A stretch of 63,204 nt of DNA, filler included, from Catajapyx aquilonaris (taxonomy: Eukaryota): assembly GCA_000934665.2 (NCBI GenBank). It is 3 parts of 3 records of this genome, joined end to end, with 100 filler letters (N's around TTAATTAATTAA, not from the genome) between each part and the next. Parts side by side here need not be neighbours in the genome. Positions count along the whole stretch, not along the records: positions 1 to 21,062 come from KZ539488.1; 2 more parts are not named here. One strand, given 5' to 3'. Below the pieces are notes generated by a model. The model saw nothing but the letters and a program-made list of their open reading frames with translations, was not told the origin of the DNA and searched no databases. Below, piece by piece: positions 1 through 14,084 of this stretch; positions within the stretch are counted from its first letter, which is position 1, and each line of letters begins with the position of its first letter. Position numbers and translations under genes: made by a program.

Positions 1-645
1 TAAGATCTTCAACCTTATGGATAAATGTAACCCAGAGATCTTACTTCCGCATTTTACACAATAATTAGATTATTTTGTATAATGGTGATGATCAAAGCGT
101 CTTTGTTCATCAAGGTATAGGTGTGCAATTTGGGATTATTTAATGCTTATAATAATAATAATAATATAATAATAATAATAAAATAATCATATGATAATAA
201 GAATAAACGATAAAAATAAAACATTGTTATTAATTGGTTCGTCGATTAGCTGAGTGGCTGGAAAGTTAAATGTTTCACATTATAATAATTCACATATAAT
301 AATATAATTATATTATATTATATTATATTATATATAATAATATTATATTATATTATATAATATATAATATTATATAATATATAATATTATATTATATATA
401 ATATGTCATATAATATACTATATTTAATAAGGATAAATGATAAATATAATCCTTGAATTAATTAATTTGTTCATCGATTTACTGAGTAGCTTGAATGTTT
501 AATGGTCCACAGATTGGCTTATTAGCATTAGGATGGCTGATGGACAAAGACGCTTTGATCATCACCATGATACAAATCTAATTACTGTGTAAAATGCGGA
601 AGTAAGATCTCTGGGTTACATTTATCCATAAGGTTGAAGATCTTA
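1..645. mobile_element. Foldback/MITE-like element with ~110-bp inverted arms around an AT-rich core; may be cut by the window start
   Basis: 1-112 (taagatcttcaacc...ctttgttcatca) is the near-perfect reverse complement of 538-645. The core is low-complexity TA/TAA sequence with a ~42-bp direct repeat (~231-272 and ~463-504). No TSD can be seen because the left arm starts at base 1. Confidence 0.75.
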
Positions 646-3189
646 CGCAGCCCAGTCTTGTTTCAGTCATTTCTATCCGTTACTTGGATCTTACTTTCCT
701 TTTTTTTACAATTCCGTAGGGAATTAGTTTTTGTGATAATACTTATTTCAGTTGTTAACTGAATAATCAACTTAAACTTTCGTGTCCTCCTAACTCCAAT
801 GTTACCATTCCTAATTATCCATTGTAAAGTCCAGATTATCATAATGGAGATTTTGTATCACATTTTGTTTATTACCCCCACCACTCCACTTTTTGGGCGA
901 ACTACACTGAGGTTGGGCAAGTGTGTATTTTTGACATTTTTCAAAGTGGAACATTTTGGCGCCACTTAGAAAGTAGTTTAGATATTTTTAAAATTGAGTT
1001 GACCGTATTAAACCTTGCAGGACGCTTTCAAAACCACTCATTATTACCACATTAAAGTGGCAGCGGCACTTCGAAAATTGCATAAAATCGCATTTCGGTT
1101 CGCCAGATTCTGGGAAAAATCTCAAGTACGCATTTTTCGCTTTGTTTTAATGTCCGCTCAAAATAAATCGTATGCATCAATATATTTAGGAGTGTTTGAA
1201 AGCTCACAACAAAATAAACAGAGTATAATATTGTAAAACAGATATCATTAGCAACCATCTCCACTAAGAAAAGCAAGACAAGCCGCCCCCTCGGGAGTGC
1301 GTGATTTCAATGATTTGGTACTTGCCCCATTAATTTGATTAAGTCATACACTGACCTACGATAAATACAATGGGTTAATGAAGTTTCTAATTTTTGTAAA
1401 AATTCTCCATAGCTGCCTTTTTTTCTCTGGCATGACCTAGTTCTAGTAACTTCTAAATATCAATTGTAAATAATATGGCACCAAAAGTAGCTTAAGCGCC
1501 ATAATGGTCTCTCATCCTATTGAACCCTCTTTAATGACTCGAAGAGATTCTGCAAAAGACGGTCGTTAGACGATCTCCATGGTAGCAAACTCACTGCACT
1601 TTTTCAGTAAATGATGGCATATACTGTATATGAACTGAAAAGGTGAATACGGTTTCGTATTTTTATTATTATTGCGGAATGTTTCATGTTTCTCCAATTC
1701 AGGGTATTGGAAGCTTGTTGAATAGGCAACCAGCTGTAATAATTGAAAAGTTTGTGGTAAGGTATGTGTCTCAGGATATACTATAACTATACCATTGGAA
1801 GATGTAGCACTTGCTGTCGGTTTTTCAGGGAAGGATTATATCCGGGAGTGGTTTTTTTTCCCTCCAACCGTCACAATTAGATGAAAAAGTGAAACTCAGG
1901 TTTGTTCTACATATCCTGGTATTGCGTAAATCCTTCCTTGAGGCTTCAGTTTTAATTTGAAAGATTACGAGAAATCAAGTTAACCAATGGTGACTTTTGT
2001 TCTTTTAAAAATAAAGTTGTAGTAGACTGCGACATTTGTGTTTATTATAGTCAGGCCTGCTGGCCTTTGTTTATCGGGAAAATGTCTCCGGGATTCTATA
2101 GCTGTTGGTGACACACTGTTGTATAACAGCGGCCATGTGCAGTTTCCAATTTATTTAGTAATTCGAGGCGGGCCAAGTCCTGACCGCAAATGAGTGAAGT
2201 TCATTGCACATGCTTCCCCCACCCACCTTCCCCTCAGGGACTACTCCAGCCCCGGTCACAAATGTTGCAGATATTTTGAATTATGTTCAATTTTGCGGGC
2301 AGAAGTTCCAGAAGCGCCCTGTGCCCATCCCCATAAACTATCTGGAACTGCAACACGCATTTTTACAGTTAGACCCCCCCCCCTTCCCCTTTTCTCCCCC
2401 AAAATGGACGAAATCGCTTCCATTTTTCTGGTCCCCCTATTTTTTTGTGTGTGTGTTGAACTTTTTTTCTAGTCCAACTGTGTCACGGCGATAACCTTCT
2501 CGATGGCGGAGCTTTACACTTGACCGATCGTGGCGCCCTAGGGTCATGAATCAAAAAAAAAAAAAAATCGTGGGAGGATTGGTGGAGTTATAGAGTGCGC
2601 ATTTTCAACATGGAGCTTGGACAAAAAATGGCCGCTGGAAATGAATCGAATCGAGAGCAGCTGGAGGGGGTAGTAGTGTCCATTTGTCTTCTGGATTATT
2701 TTTTTTTGTTTGAAAAGTTTGGTGCTGAATATCCCGAAGCACATTTTTGCGCATTTGTAATTTTTATCAGCTGCATTTTTGCGCGCCTGTTAATCGAACT
2801 AATAGCACCGTTATAACGGCGAATCTTGTTGGCGTGATTAGCAGCGATTATTTGAGCCGCCCCCTTTTCACCCCCNGTTTTATGGCTCGCATGCACTTTT
2901 TATTCCCCCAGTGGTGTTTCACACGAGAAGAGTGGCGGCAAGCTCTTCATCACTGGTAATTAGACAATCAGTCAGGCGGGGGTTTATTCAAGAGCCCGAC
3001 AGGCACCCACCAAAAGTTGGGAACGAACAGAACGCTCAGGGATTAATTGAATCCAGCCCTCCCCAACTCAGGACTCTGATATTGCAGATCATGCCGATGA
3101 TTAGAGAAAGTATGGACAGTGTGGGCAGTAAATGCTTTTGGATCATGCCTTAGGACACGGCAGGGTATTGGCTAGTCCTTGCGAATGTA

Positions 3190-3382
3190 CAGGGTGTTGA
3201 TGGTATTGTGCACGTACCGTACATTTACCTGAGGCGTGATGAAGTTGCATGCGGTTGGTTTGGGGGTAATTAAAACATGAATCGGGATGAAATCTGTGCT
3301 CAGTAATAAAAATTGTGTGATTTTTTTAAAAAAAGTAGACATGCAAAAGGGCAAGGTCGTACCAGTGAGTTTAGACACCCGG
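3190..3382. mobile_element. Degraded Tc1/mariner-type MITE
   Basis: Starts TA-CAGGGTGT and ends ACACCCGG-TG, a degenerate match to the CAGGGTG termini of the intact MITE at 10352. Confidence 0.4.
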
Positions 3383-6300
3383 TGTGGTTGAAAATAATCA
3401 ACCCTGTTGCAGGAGTGTTGCTTCCTCTAGCTGATGTGATTAATAATTTAAGATTAGTTAGTAATTATCTTACAAGTTATGACACTGCTGATGTATAACT
3501 TCGTGAAGAGAAAGTAGGCGGCAATTTAGTCGTAAAAAAAACTAAAGTCAGGAACCACGCGTTATCAGATGTATTGCAATATTCTTATAGCATGCATGTT
3601 GGTGTTATCTAGGTGGAAATTTATTTGGAATCTTTGCCAGTCATTCTGATTGATTAACTTTTGACCGGGTACGATTTTTTACCTCTCGCCACACAAAAAA
3701 AAGTGAAATTAGCTCACTGGGTGGCCAAGGATTTTACAGCGTATTCTGACATTACGTACTGTCTGATACCTATACCACAGTGGACGCTTCGTGCAGACCG
3801 ATAGCTTAGGACATGTTGGGATGGTCAAATCCAGGGACCTTCTGTGATAGGCATGCAACCTTATCTTAAAGCATCGAGTTCAATGTGGTTGCATGCCTCG
3901 GGGCTATCCTGTTACATGAAGTATACTCTAACTCACCTCTAACTCCCTGCCTCTCACAGCTCTCTTGTCAGATCGGAATAGAAGTACAGTAATTGGAAAA
4001 TTCACGAGAAGGAAGAAAATAAAATATTATGGGCTTCGAAATGATTTTTCGGAATTTGTGACAGTTTTAGGATCCCGAGTCGAGTTGGCATGAATCAAAT
4101 TGTATACGTAAGCTCATTTTTACAAATGTGGCGACGCGACGTGGAACAAATTACTTTCAGAAAATGACCTCTTTGTGTAAGTGCCAGGCATATTATGATT
4201 GTGAAACATATGCGAGATGTACGATCCTTACGAAATTCGTGTAATGGATTTTGACACTTTTGGCTTCATTATGGAGATAATAGCACGTTAATTTTTTATT
4301 TTGCTGCCTGTGTTAATGACTCAGCTGATACTATATTGTATGGTGGGTGGGATAACCTGCAGGATGTTAGGACCATCCTGCCAGTTTTTCCACCCTGCAG
4401 CTATTCCTTTTGACCGATTCCTCTAAGCAGCAGGTTATTCCAAATCATTCACACGGGTAAAGAAAAACAAATTAGCATGAGATTATCTCCACTGTGGAAT
4501 CGTAATCGGCAAAGTTAACTGGGGTAATTTGGCCTTAGGAATTTTCAAGGAATATACATCCGAGAGGAAATGTGCACCTCTTCTGCCATCCTGTATTGGC
4601 TAGTATACTAGACTAGTATACTATATGCCCAACTTGTGTATAGGTGCTGGACTGTCAGAAGTAACAGGATAGCGGAAGCTCATCTTCTGACAAGATGCGG
4701 GTGCACCATTAGCAGTAAGTTGATATACAGCCGGTTTTTGGAATAAGGGGTGATGATATAAGCCCAAGTCGGCAATGTATCATTGCTTGTGATACACTTA
4801 GCCCTTAGTGAAGAAACGCTGAATCTTCTATACGAGCTTCATGTCGCTTTTTCTGCTTCTGCAAGGAGAGGAAGTTTTAAGTTCAGTGTGTGGGTGTGTG
4901 TGTGTGCGCGCGCAACTCATTTCCATAGCTTCTCTCCAAACTTCAATATTATCTAGACACGCTACGATGAAGCCTTGGATCTTTTAAAACTTTTATTTTC
5001 CTCTCGGAACATTTCGATAGTTCAAAAGAAATTTATATTTCTTCCCGGAAGCCTTCCAAATATTGCATCTGTTACCAGGAGATCGCGATACAGTGAACAG
5101 GAAAGAAATGATCAGTGTCGCATTTCCATTTTCTCGTCTTAAGAAGCCCTCTGCTTGCATGCTGTACTTTTTGATGGATTTTTTGTTACCATATACAGAC
5201 ATGCAGACCTACCAGCACATAATTAAAAGTGATGTCCAAGGATAGATGAAATGGTTTTTCAGGATAGAAAATGATTACATGTATCAGGTACACATTGTAT
5301 TTTATTTTATTAGTTGCTGGGATGGCATGACCTTCAGTGACACCTGGCGGATTTGCATTAATTTAAAATTTAGCAATTTAGCACATGCCCTATGTCGCCT
5401 ATTCTAAAGATAGAATCCAGATAATCATGAAATCCCTAGTGTACCAGCTATCACGTAATATTTTGCTAAAATTTAAAATTAAAACGACGCGATTGTCACT
5501 GATTGGCATGCCCTTCCAGCAGCGAATAAAATGTAACAAAAAATTGTGTCAAACTTTCAGAATGGCTTGCGGCCCTGTCAGTCTAGAAAAGTGCAAAACT
5601 GTAACATTCCAACTTTTGTAGCCATTCAGAACTGATAGGAAAAAACGAGTTTTATCTAGTCTATTAGCAACAGCTATAAAGATGATAGCAAACCACAGCA
5701 AAATCAATCTAACGTGTTTTGCTTTCTGGTTTTTCTCAATGATTTTGGACTTAGAGGCCTTCTGATTACGCATATCTGGTGTTCATATTATCTCCTGTCC
5801 TGTCGACTATAGTCACTGGTGCAGTTTTAAGCTTTATGTTAGTATAAATTTGATTAACCTTATGTTGTAGCAAAATTTAAGTACTGCACAGTTACGGCTA
5901 TTTATCAACCGTTGCCAACGTTCATGGCCACATTGCGTCTTTTTTTAGTTGCCATGCAGCGAACGGAATACGGGAGCTAAAGTATAGCTGAGTATATGGA
6001 CAACTATTATTCAACCTTACAATAGTACTGAAATCATTATCCTTTAACTGTTACATTGTTGTTATAATTGTTGATGGTCATTGTGGCACATTGTAACGTC
6101 AGCGTCAGTATCATTCTCTTGTTGAATATATTATACCTCCAGGGAACTTACAGCTGTATAGTTTCAACACATAGGCTACTATCGACTCTGAGTTGTTGAT
6201 ACTAATCTGCAGAGGTCATTTACCTCTGCGCTATAGTTAGGCATGTGAGTACAGTGCATGTTCACTATATATACCACTCACACTGTCTGCAGTGTACTGG

Positions 6301-9300
6301 AGCACAGAAGCAACACATAGTCACGATCCGGAACATGCTTCGGACTATAATCCGCTTATGAAAAGCCCATTGAGGTGATTTTAGCTGTTTGAATGCAATT
6401 GTAACGAATCCTTGAACCGCCGTTTATGATTGCGCAAACTTAAACCTCATGAATTTGTGTGTGTGTGTGGGGGGGGGGGGGCGGAGTGTAATTTTGTGAC
6501 GATTAAAATAATGAAATCAAAAATATGCAGTGCATACTAAGCAATTTTGTACAGTAGGCCTACTTACAGTTGTAACAGCTTTTATCGGGATTTTGAAATC
6601 AGTATGCTCTATATTATCTATAGGCTATACTGAAGAACAGTCATGATCGATAACGCGAATGGCGTTAGTGTAAGGGGCAATAATTGTTAGATATTAGTGA
6701 TTTTTGGATGAGTACATTGAAATACTGAGAAATTATTTCTCAAGAGATTCAGGTACTTGTTCGTAAAAGTCTTGTATTCATAAAGTAGTTTGGAGTATTT
6801 TAGCTGACATAACGTGTACAGAATTTTAGTCTGTCGAATTTGGTAGGTTTATCCGTTACATGAGTAACAGTTAAAGTCAATATTTAAGTATCTATCCCGA
6901 ATTTTCCACGGCTTGTTAAGTTTGATTTGACTGTAGAATAAATAACATATATTGAATTGACAGTACTAGAAGGACATAAAACCCACCCATGTTTAAATGA
7001 GCCAGTATAACAGTGCCTGAGAATCAATTATATCCACATGCCTATACATTTCCTCCAAGCATCCCAACGAAAATGACACTATTACCAATCCCAGTTGTAA
7101 GCATTCTGGGAAAATTGATGGACTCACTGTCGCTTTATTGGACGATTAAAGCCTTGAAGGTTAGAAATACGTTCGGTGCTTTCCCTCTTCCCCCTCCCTA
7201 CCCCCCCGATTTTGCTTCCATGATTTATCAACCGTGGGGGGGGGGGGGGGGGAAATGGAGNGCAATGCAATCTGACGAAATTGCCGCCGAGCATTTCAAA
7301 CAATCAAATTAGCCGCCATCTCGGAATTACGGATAGTTGGAATTAGCCACCTAGACCTATGTGTTCAAGCTAACAAATGCGTGGTAGTTCTTGTCGCAGT
7401 GTCGTTTAAAGTCAGGCATCCCTGAGGGAATCCGAGAGAAAGATGGTGCTGGGGAGAATTCCACAGGCGCACTTTAGATGTCCCACCTCCCTCCCCCTTT
7501 CTCCCCAATTCCCGACATCCCCCGCCTGCCCCCTCTCCTCCCACCTACTTTTCCTGAGAGACGAGGCAGTCTCTTCATTTGCGTACGGTTCAGATAAAAA
7601 GGCCTGTAGACACACAGAGGAAGGAGATAGACGCTATGTCCTCAGGCAAAGTGCACCAGCGCAGATAAATCATTTGCGAGCTTACATATATGCACTTTAG
7701 CACAATATTCGAGGGGGGAGGGGAAGCCATGCCATTAAGGTATTAATAGCAAATGCATCGCAATTCTGGGCCAGACTTTTTATGGATATGAGGGGTATAG
7801 GGCAAGCAATATTTTTAATTTGGCCGGTTTGCTTTACAGTATGTATATACTGTATCACAATACTGGGGGCCGTATTTTGTGAGTTGGAAATCGTTTCATC
7901 GCACGCCTGTCACGTACAGTTTGTTTTATTGGGAAGTTAAACTTTGTGTGTTTTGGCAGAACACAGCAGTTGGGTGCGCCAGCAGTAACAACATCAGTCC
8001 CAAAATCAACATGCTTTTAATCCAGGCGAAACTGGAAGTAATTAGAATCCGGGGCAACAACATGAAATATAAATTCATGTTACCTAACGTTCTCACACAC
8101 AATACCTGCCTGCCTGCCTGCGAGTAGCTATTTGCAGCATTGCTATATAAAATAACTGCGAGATGTAATTTTACGGCGCCCTGTCAGCCATTTTGGCCCA
8201 TCACCTCCGCCCAACAATGACGAACAACTGACAACACGTTAAATATTATAATCCGCCAAAGTACTGAATAATACTGTAGCCTGCATCATGATGCACTGCA
8301 CGACTGCTGGCCCTTTCATCTCCCGATATGACGAAACCTTGTTGAAACAACGACACCCGCCTGCCATTTTGTAATCCACTTGTTACATAGGTGTCGGCCA
8401 TTTTGGCTCCGTCCAATTTGACAGACACAGCGGTCACAGATTTAAATAATGTAATCCTTCGAACTGCTAAATAATGCGATACAATCACGATTCAGTGCCG
8501 GTCCATACAGGTCTCTTTGCGAACATGTGTAGTCAGGGCACACAATAATATTGAAACTTTTTGTTTTCAGGCTTGTTAGACGAGTTCCAATCTCGATCTA
8601 AACGGGGCACGTACTGATCCAACAACCTCATCCAATCTAATCCAATGTGTTCGTGCGGGAGATAGGAGGCTTTTTGGTGGTATCAAGAGTGGGAAGTGGG
8701 GGAAAGCGGGGTGGGGTGAGGGCAACAGAGAGGGAATTGAGTATGGGTGGGGGAGCAAATAAATGCAGAGGACAAACTGCAGTCGATTATTCGCCATTGA
8801 GCCAATAAGGAGCCAAACTGGTCCAATGACAGAATGGATCCAGTTTAATGAAAGGTTTATTAGGTTAATTTTTAGATTTAATTTCCTATAGGTACAGTAT
8901 GCATTCGTCCACGCTGGTGATTATTGGATTTGCTCAAAGCACAGGTATAATCAGTTGCTAATATGGATGAAACATGGTACTGATTAGCACCTTCAGGGTT
9001 ACAACCTGGATCTCACAACTTCAAATGGGCAATGGTAATAAGAGAACTTAGGTATATGTGGTGGGCAACATTAACTGCTTCTACGTTTATGCAGTAGACT
9101 CACAGCCGCAATATGAATGTAATACGCCATTCAAGGCTTGACTGTGATGCTAGTGCAGCGTTGTCTCATAACTTAGCGGAGGACGAGGAGTCAAACACAA
9201 ACCGGTGGAAAAGGGTCTGCAAATGACACCGCTCTTTTCGTGTGGATCCATGCAGCCCTCTGTGTGCATTATGTTTTATTGCATTTCTCGCTTAAAGCGG

Positions 9301-10351
9301 TTGTGCTCATTAACTGCTAATGGTGCTAATTGATGGCTTATGCAAATAAACGACGAGGAAAGTAGGTCACTGTTATCATTCCTGGGGCTTTATGGCCGCA
9401 CGTTTTACTTCCCAAAGCCATTAATAATTCAGGGACGCGATGCACGTCTCGACTGGATTCTAACGGACCAATCCAGAGCCTCTTTTGTGTCCCCAAAAAA
9501 TATGCATTACATTGTTGCTCTTCCGCGATGACCGATGATTGGTGACTATGTGGCGTGGATTGAATTTTTAAAATGCGTCAAGCTGGGTCACACTATTGAA
9601 GTCACGTATCAGTGTATGGCTGGCTTATTTTACTAGAATTTTTATTCAAATGCAGCGCATATTGAAGAAAGCAATCTTTTCCATCATTTCCAGGAAGATC
9701 CATGGTGTAAGCCTATCTATTAAAAAAGAGAGCGGAGAGTTGGCAATCCGTTTGAGCGAAATACTACCTACGATACACCTCCATTAACCGCAATTACCCT
9801 GAGCTATGTACGGTCCAATCTCGGGTACTTCCGTTGCGAAATGACCTACTCGGGGACCTTTACGACCAGATTACAACCTAAATGACCCAAAGTTTAGAAA
9901 CGACGTTTATGTTTTTTTTCCCCTTGCGTTTCCTCGGACCTGAAAGTACCGCACTGGTATTCGCGGTTATGGACACTAAACAGAGGAATATCATTTTAAC
10001 GATTATCTCCGGGAAAGGATTGGGAGGGGTGCTGGGATCAAGTCATGAGCATGTCACAAGCACTACCGAAACGTGACCCGGCACAAGGAAGACGGTGCAT
10101 GTGCTCAGTGGCAGTTAGCGGCAGAGATTTTCATATAATACGAGTAATAATACATATATGAGAAAAATAATAATGTTACGACCTCTGCTCACGGGGCTAA
10201 CGTGCCCGTAACGGTGTTTGGATTTATCCTGGAAGTTAGACTTCGGAAACGCAGGGGAGGCATACCAGAGGTGCTGAAGAGCTAGGATAAACGTGACCTT
10301 GAAATATAGACGGTCTCGCGAGAAAAGTCTTACAATCGCATCTCTGGTATA

Positions 10352-10629
10352 CAGGGTGTTAATCCTAAGCGTGTCACCAGAATAGGTGGTGGTTGAGGGC
10401 GCAGGTGTGAGCATTTTTGCATAAGGAACTAGGGGTCGGAAACGCACCCTCACCGAGTCACTCCGCCGCGTGCCGCACGCCTCTTGCACACTGCCTGTCG
10501 CAAACTTGAAAGGGGCGTAACTCGGTGAGGGTGCGTTTCCGACCTCTAGTTCCTTATGCAAAAATGCTCACACCTGCGCCCTCGACTTTTCTCACCTTTT
10601 CTGGTGACACGCTTAGGATTAACACCCTG
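10352..10629. mobile_element. Tc1/mariner-type MITE (long hairpin)
   Basis: TA flanks at 10350-51 and 10630-31. Termini CAGGGTGTTAATCCTAAGCGTGTCACCAGAA / TTCTGGTGACACGCTTAGGATTAACACCCTG, with inverted arms of about 105 bp. Confidence 0.9.
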
Positions 10630-10633
10630 TATA

Positions 10634-10795
10634 CAATCGGTTAAAGGAGTATGTTACCAGACCAGACCTAGAAATTAGCCTCCAACAGAGGTGCTGCCTA
10701 GGAGAGTGCGAGTTATTGCATCAGGGGGAAGCAGCACCTCTGTTGGAGGCTAATTTCTTAGGTCTGGTCTGGTAACATACTCCTTTAACCGACTG
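10634..10795. mobile_element. Second TA-flanked MITE (hairpin), abutting the first
   Basis: caatcggttaaaggagtatgttaccagaccagacct...aggtctggtctggtaacatactcctttaaccgactg, with ~60-bp inverted arms and TA on both sides. Confidence 0.9.
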
Positions 10796-11989
10796 TACAT
10801 TACTGTGGTTGAGTCATTATCATCGGGTTATTTGAGTAAATACGGTCAGTCAGTGGCCTTCATGCATGACTTCAGAAGAGGTCAGCGATTGGTAAAGCTA
10901 ATCTAGAGTGGTGAGGTCCAGGAACAATCCAAGATGTCGGCTGTTGTGCGGGTCTAGAATCTGATAATATTATCTGATTGAAGTGGCGCACTCTGATGGC
11001 GGTGAGGAAGTTGGTCGGTAAGCAACATTACCGTCTTAACAGTATTTGTTTATTACTGCCCCGTGTGGTTTCTCAGTCAGCCATGTAATTTCACTTTTCA
11101 AATTCACTTCAGCTCAATTTTGCCCTAATTATTACATGCGCGCAGCACACTCCTCAGCTGAAATAGCTCATTATGCAGGCCTTCTCCCCCTCGGCGTGAA
11201 ACCAGCCAATCACAGCTCCGCCTACGTCCTTCCATCCCCGGGTCGAAAATGTTAAAATCTGCACAACTCGTTGCATTTTTAAAAATTGCCACGGCATCCT
11301 TCGAGATTATTTTTTTTTTTGAAAAAAAAAAAATCAAAAAAACTTTAGGGTATCCTGTTGTTTCCTGAACATTCGGCATAATTGCCTTATCTGCGCCCTT
11401 TCACCTGGATTTTATTTGGTACATATATTTTATTCTGCCCCCCCCCCCTCCCCACCCGATGCTCTGTTGCTAAGCGCATTTGGTAGCTCAGCTTCCGGGC
11501 ACGTAGCACACCGTACTTAAATAATGCCCAACAAATAAACTGGGCATACAGGCACGTGAGAATGCCTGGAAGCTTCAAAACCAGCGTCCCGTGGATGTAA
11601 TGGCGTCCCTTTTGACGTGGTGCAGTATGGGTAATGACATGCAGAGCAAATCTGCCATTCCAGCCTTGGCGTTTGTTCAATCCCACAGGGATTTACATAC
11701 GTGTCCTGATGGGTGCGGGAAGGGAGGAGGGGGGGGGAGGGGGGGGCTGGGACTGGGGGAGGGTTTGGAAACTTTTTTTTTTTTTTTGAGAGCATTTCAT
11801 TGATGTCACGTACTGGGAAATTTGGTGCGCCATTTCATCTCGAATATTCCCAATTTGCGGAAAGTTATGACTTATTCCAATCGTATCAGAGGGATGGAGA
11901 CGCATGGAATTCTTAAGTTATGATCCTTTAGAGGGGGCTGTACTATATGGGAGATGTAACGAACGGGAAGAAATTGCAAGCTGTTGTCA

Positions 11990-12004
11990 AGCGCCACCTG
12001 TAGG
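11990..12004 (-). promoter_or_regulatory. Candidate CTCF-like site
   Basis: The reverse complement reads CCTACAGGTGGCGCT, which resembles the CTCF core. Motif match only. Confidence 0.25.
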
Positions 12005-12933
12005 TGACAATATAGAGTGTTTTTTTTTTTCAGCCTGTTCCAAAGATTTGTGTCGCTCATAGGACTGTTACTTTCGGATGAGCAGTAGGCCATTTGTTTG
12101 TACTGTAATGAGATTCCGCACCCGTTTTAAAGCGCTCCGTAATGAATTAACGCCTCTTTTAAAGCTTGCTTTAAAAAAAAGGGGGGGGGGGGAGGCAGAA
12201 GTTGGGTCGGACAATAAATCATGAGAAAAACGTTAATTGCAGCCAGATCTGCAAGTCCTTCCTCCTTTTAGCAGTCATTCCTGCCGACATTGATCGTCTG
12301 CGCCCCCTCAGTAATAAGGAGAAAAGATCCCCCCCTCGCTTTTCTCGAATTTCCAGCTGGCGTGCGTGATCCTTCAGATTAAACACAGCCCCTACTGCCT
12401 GTGTTTTAGCAATTAAGGTGTCCAGGGAACAATAGCGCCGACGGGAGCTCTCGAGGAAGGCTGGGAAAAGGAAGAGGTGGAAAAAAAAAATAATAGAAAT
12501 AGGCGGAGGAAATGTTCAGGATGATCAAGTAACTTGTGGGCAGATTGGGAAGGCGTGTCAGTCTTAATTTGGCGGATTCATGCCTCAACTGCAGATTGGG
12601 GAAGGATACTGCACTGCTGTACGGCTTAGCCAACCGTGTAGTTAGTGCATGTGTATTGAGCTTCACTTACATGGGAGTGTTCCGGATAAGTAGAGTGCAG
12701 GAGAGGGCACGCTTTTGCAGGGTTTCGCGGACGCTCCGTTTCAAGTAACAGTTTGCTGGGCTGTTAGATGGTTTTGAGGAAGGTGGGGGGATGAAAGGGG
12801 GGTGGTTAGAAGTCGAGCTCTTTGATTGGGTGTCTGATGCCAGGAGGGCATTAATTGGCTGGCTGGAGCATGTGATCTGAGGTTGCGGTGGTTGGCTGGG
12901 TGCAGCATGTGACCTGTGCAACGAATGTTCAGT

Positions 12934-13377
12934 GTACTATGGGGCTCAAATTGTTTTGGCCACTTCATCCTGGTCTTGAAGCAACCCTTCGCACAGGCCC
13001 CACGGTGAGCAGGTGTGGGTGTGTGTACTTGTCTTCAATAAGATGTGGGACCGGAAGTAGTTGTTTTTACTGTATAACTGTGGGGACATTTTCCCCACTG
13101 GCGGGGACATTTACGGTCCCCACAAGAAAATTGCGGGTTTGCTTTTGCAGTAGTGGGGACTTGTCCCCACTATTTCAAGTTGCAGGGTTTTAGAAAAGTC
13201 CATTTTTCTCAGCGTAGGTTACATAGGGTAGGTTAGGTAGGGTATGGTAGGTTAGTTTACACTAGCTTTGAAAAGTTGTATTTTTCACGTCCCCACAACT
13301 AATAGGGAGTGGGTGTGTGTGAAGGGTTGCTTCAAGACCAGGATAAAGTGGCCAAAACAATTTGAGCCCCATAGTAC
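12934..13377. mobile_element. Non-autonomous TIR element with ~55-bp TIRs and internal GTGGGGAC/GTCCCCAC repeats
   Basis: gtactatggggctcaaattgttttggccacttcatcctggtcttgaagcaacccttc versus gaagggttgcttcaagaccaggataaagtggccaaaacaatttgagccccatagtac. The flanks gttcagt / gttcagg look like an imperfect 7-bp TSD. Confidence 0.85.
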
Positions 13378-14009
13378 GTTCAGGGATATACAGTCATGTC
13401 CGGAATTTCCAGTGTTCAATACAAATGTTTTTGGTCCGTATGCCGTTACTTAGATGATCATATAACTCCCAGAAGATGAGTGAAAACCCCAAATGAGGTG
13501 TGTGGTGGAAAAACGTGACAACCCACAAAAGTGTTTTCAGGAGAGCGAATTAAGATTGGATTCTCTTCACAGATCATAGGGAATGCGGGTTTTCATCTAG
13601 TCCGTGTTGCCGTATCGTGCATGATACGTGAACTTGGAGTGTACCAAACTGTTTGTCATGTCTTTTGACATAGTTGCTAGGTGTTCAAGTCAAAAATGTG
13701 GGTTGACACATTTTCCCACCACATCTCTCACATGTGATGGGTGATTGGGGAAGCGCATTTTCGTAATCGGGTTTTTGAGAGAGAAAATATTTAGATTCAA
13801 AATGGTATTCAAATTTTGATTTTGATATTTTTTTAAAATTTGGATACGTGCTTTTTTTCCGAATGGCGCTCAGTTTAAAATAACGAAATTTTTTCTTACG
13901 ATCTGCGCGAAAGCTGAATGAGCGAAATGCTATTTTTTGCACTATAGTATTGCATTTGCGTGGCCTGACCATACACCAGAGGTGTCATTATGTCGGTTTT
14001 AACGAGATG

Positions 14010-14084
14010 TCCAGGTGTAACCTGGTCACCGCTGGCTACCCCTTTATGGGAATTAAGCCGTGATGTAATGAATGAATGAATGAA
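14010..14084 (+). mobile_element. Probable SINE/LINE 3' tail fragment
   Basis: ...gctggctacccctttatgggaattaagccg...(TGAA)n resembles L2/CR1-partner SINE tails. No tRNA-like head was found. Confidence 0.4.

Noticed and set aside
10115..10561. 148-aa minus-strand ORF
   Set aside because: It runs through a palindromic MITE, has no recognisable domain and does not look like a transposase.
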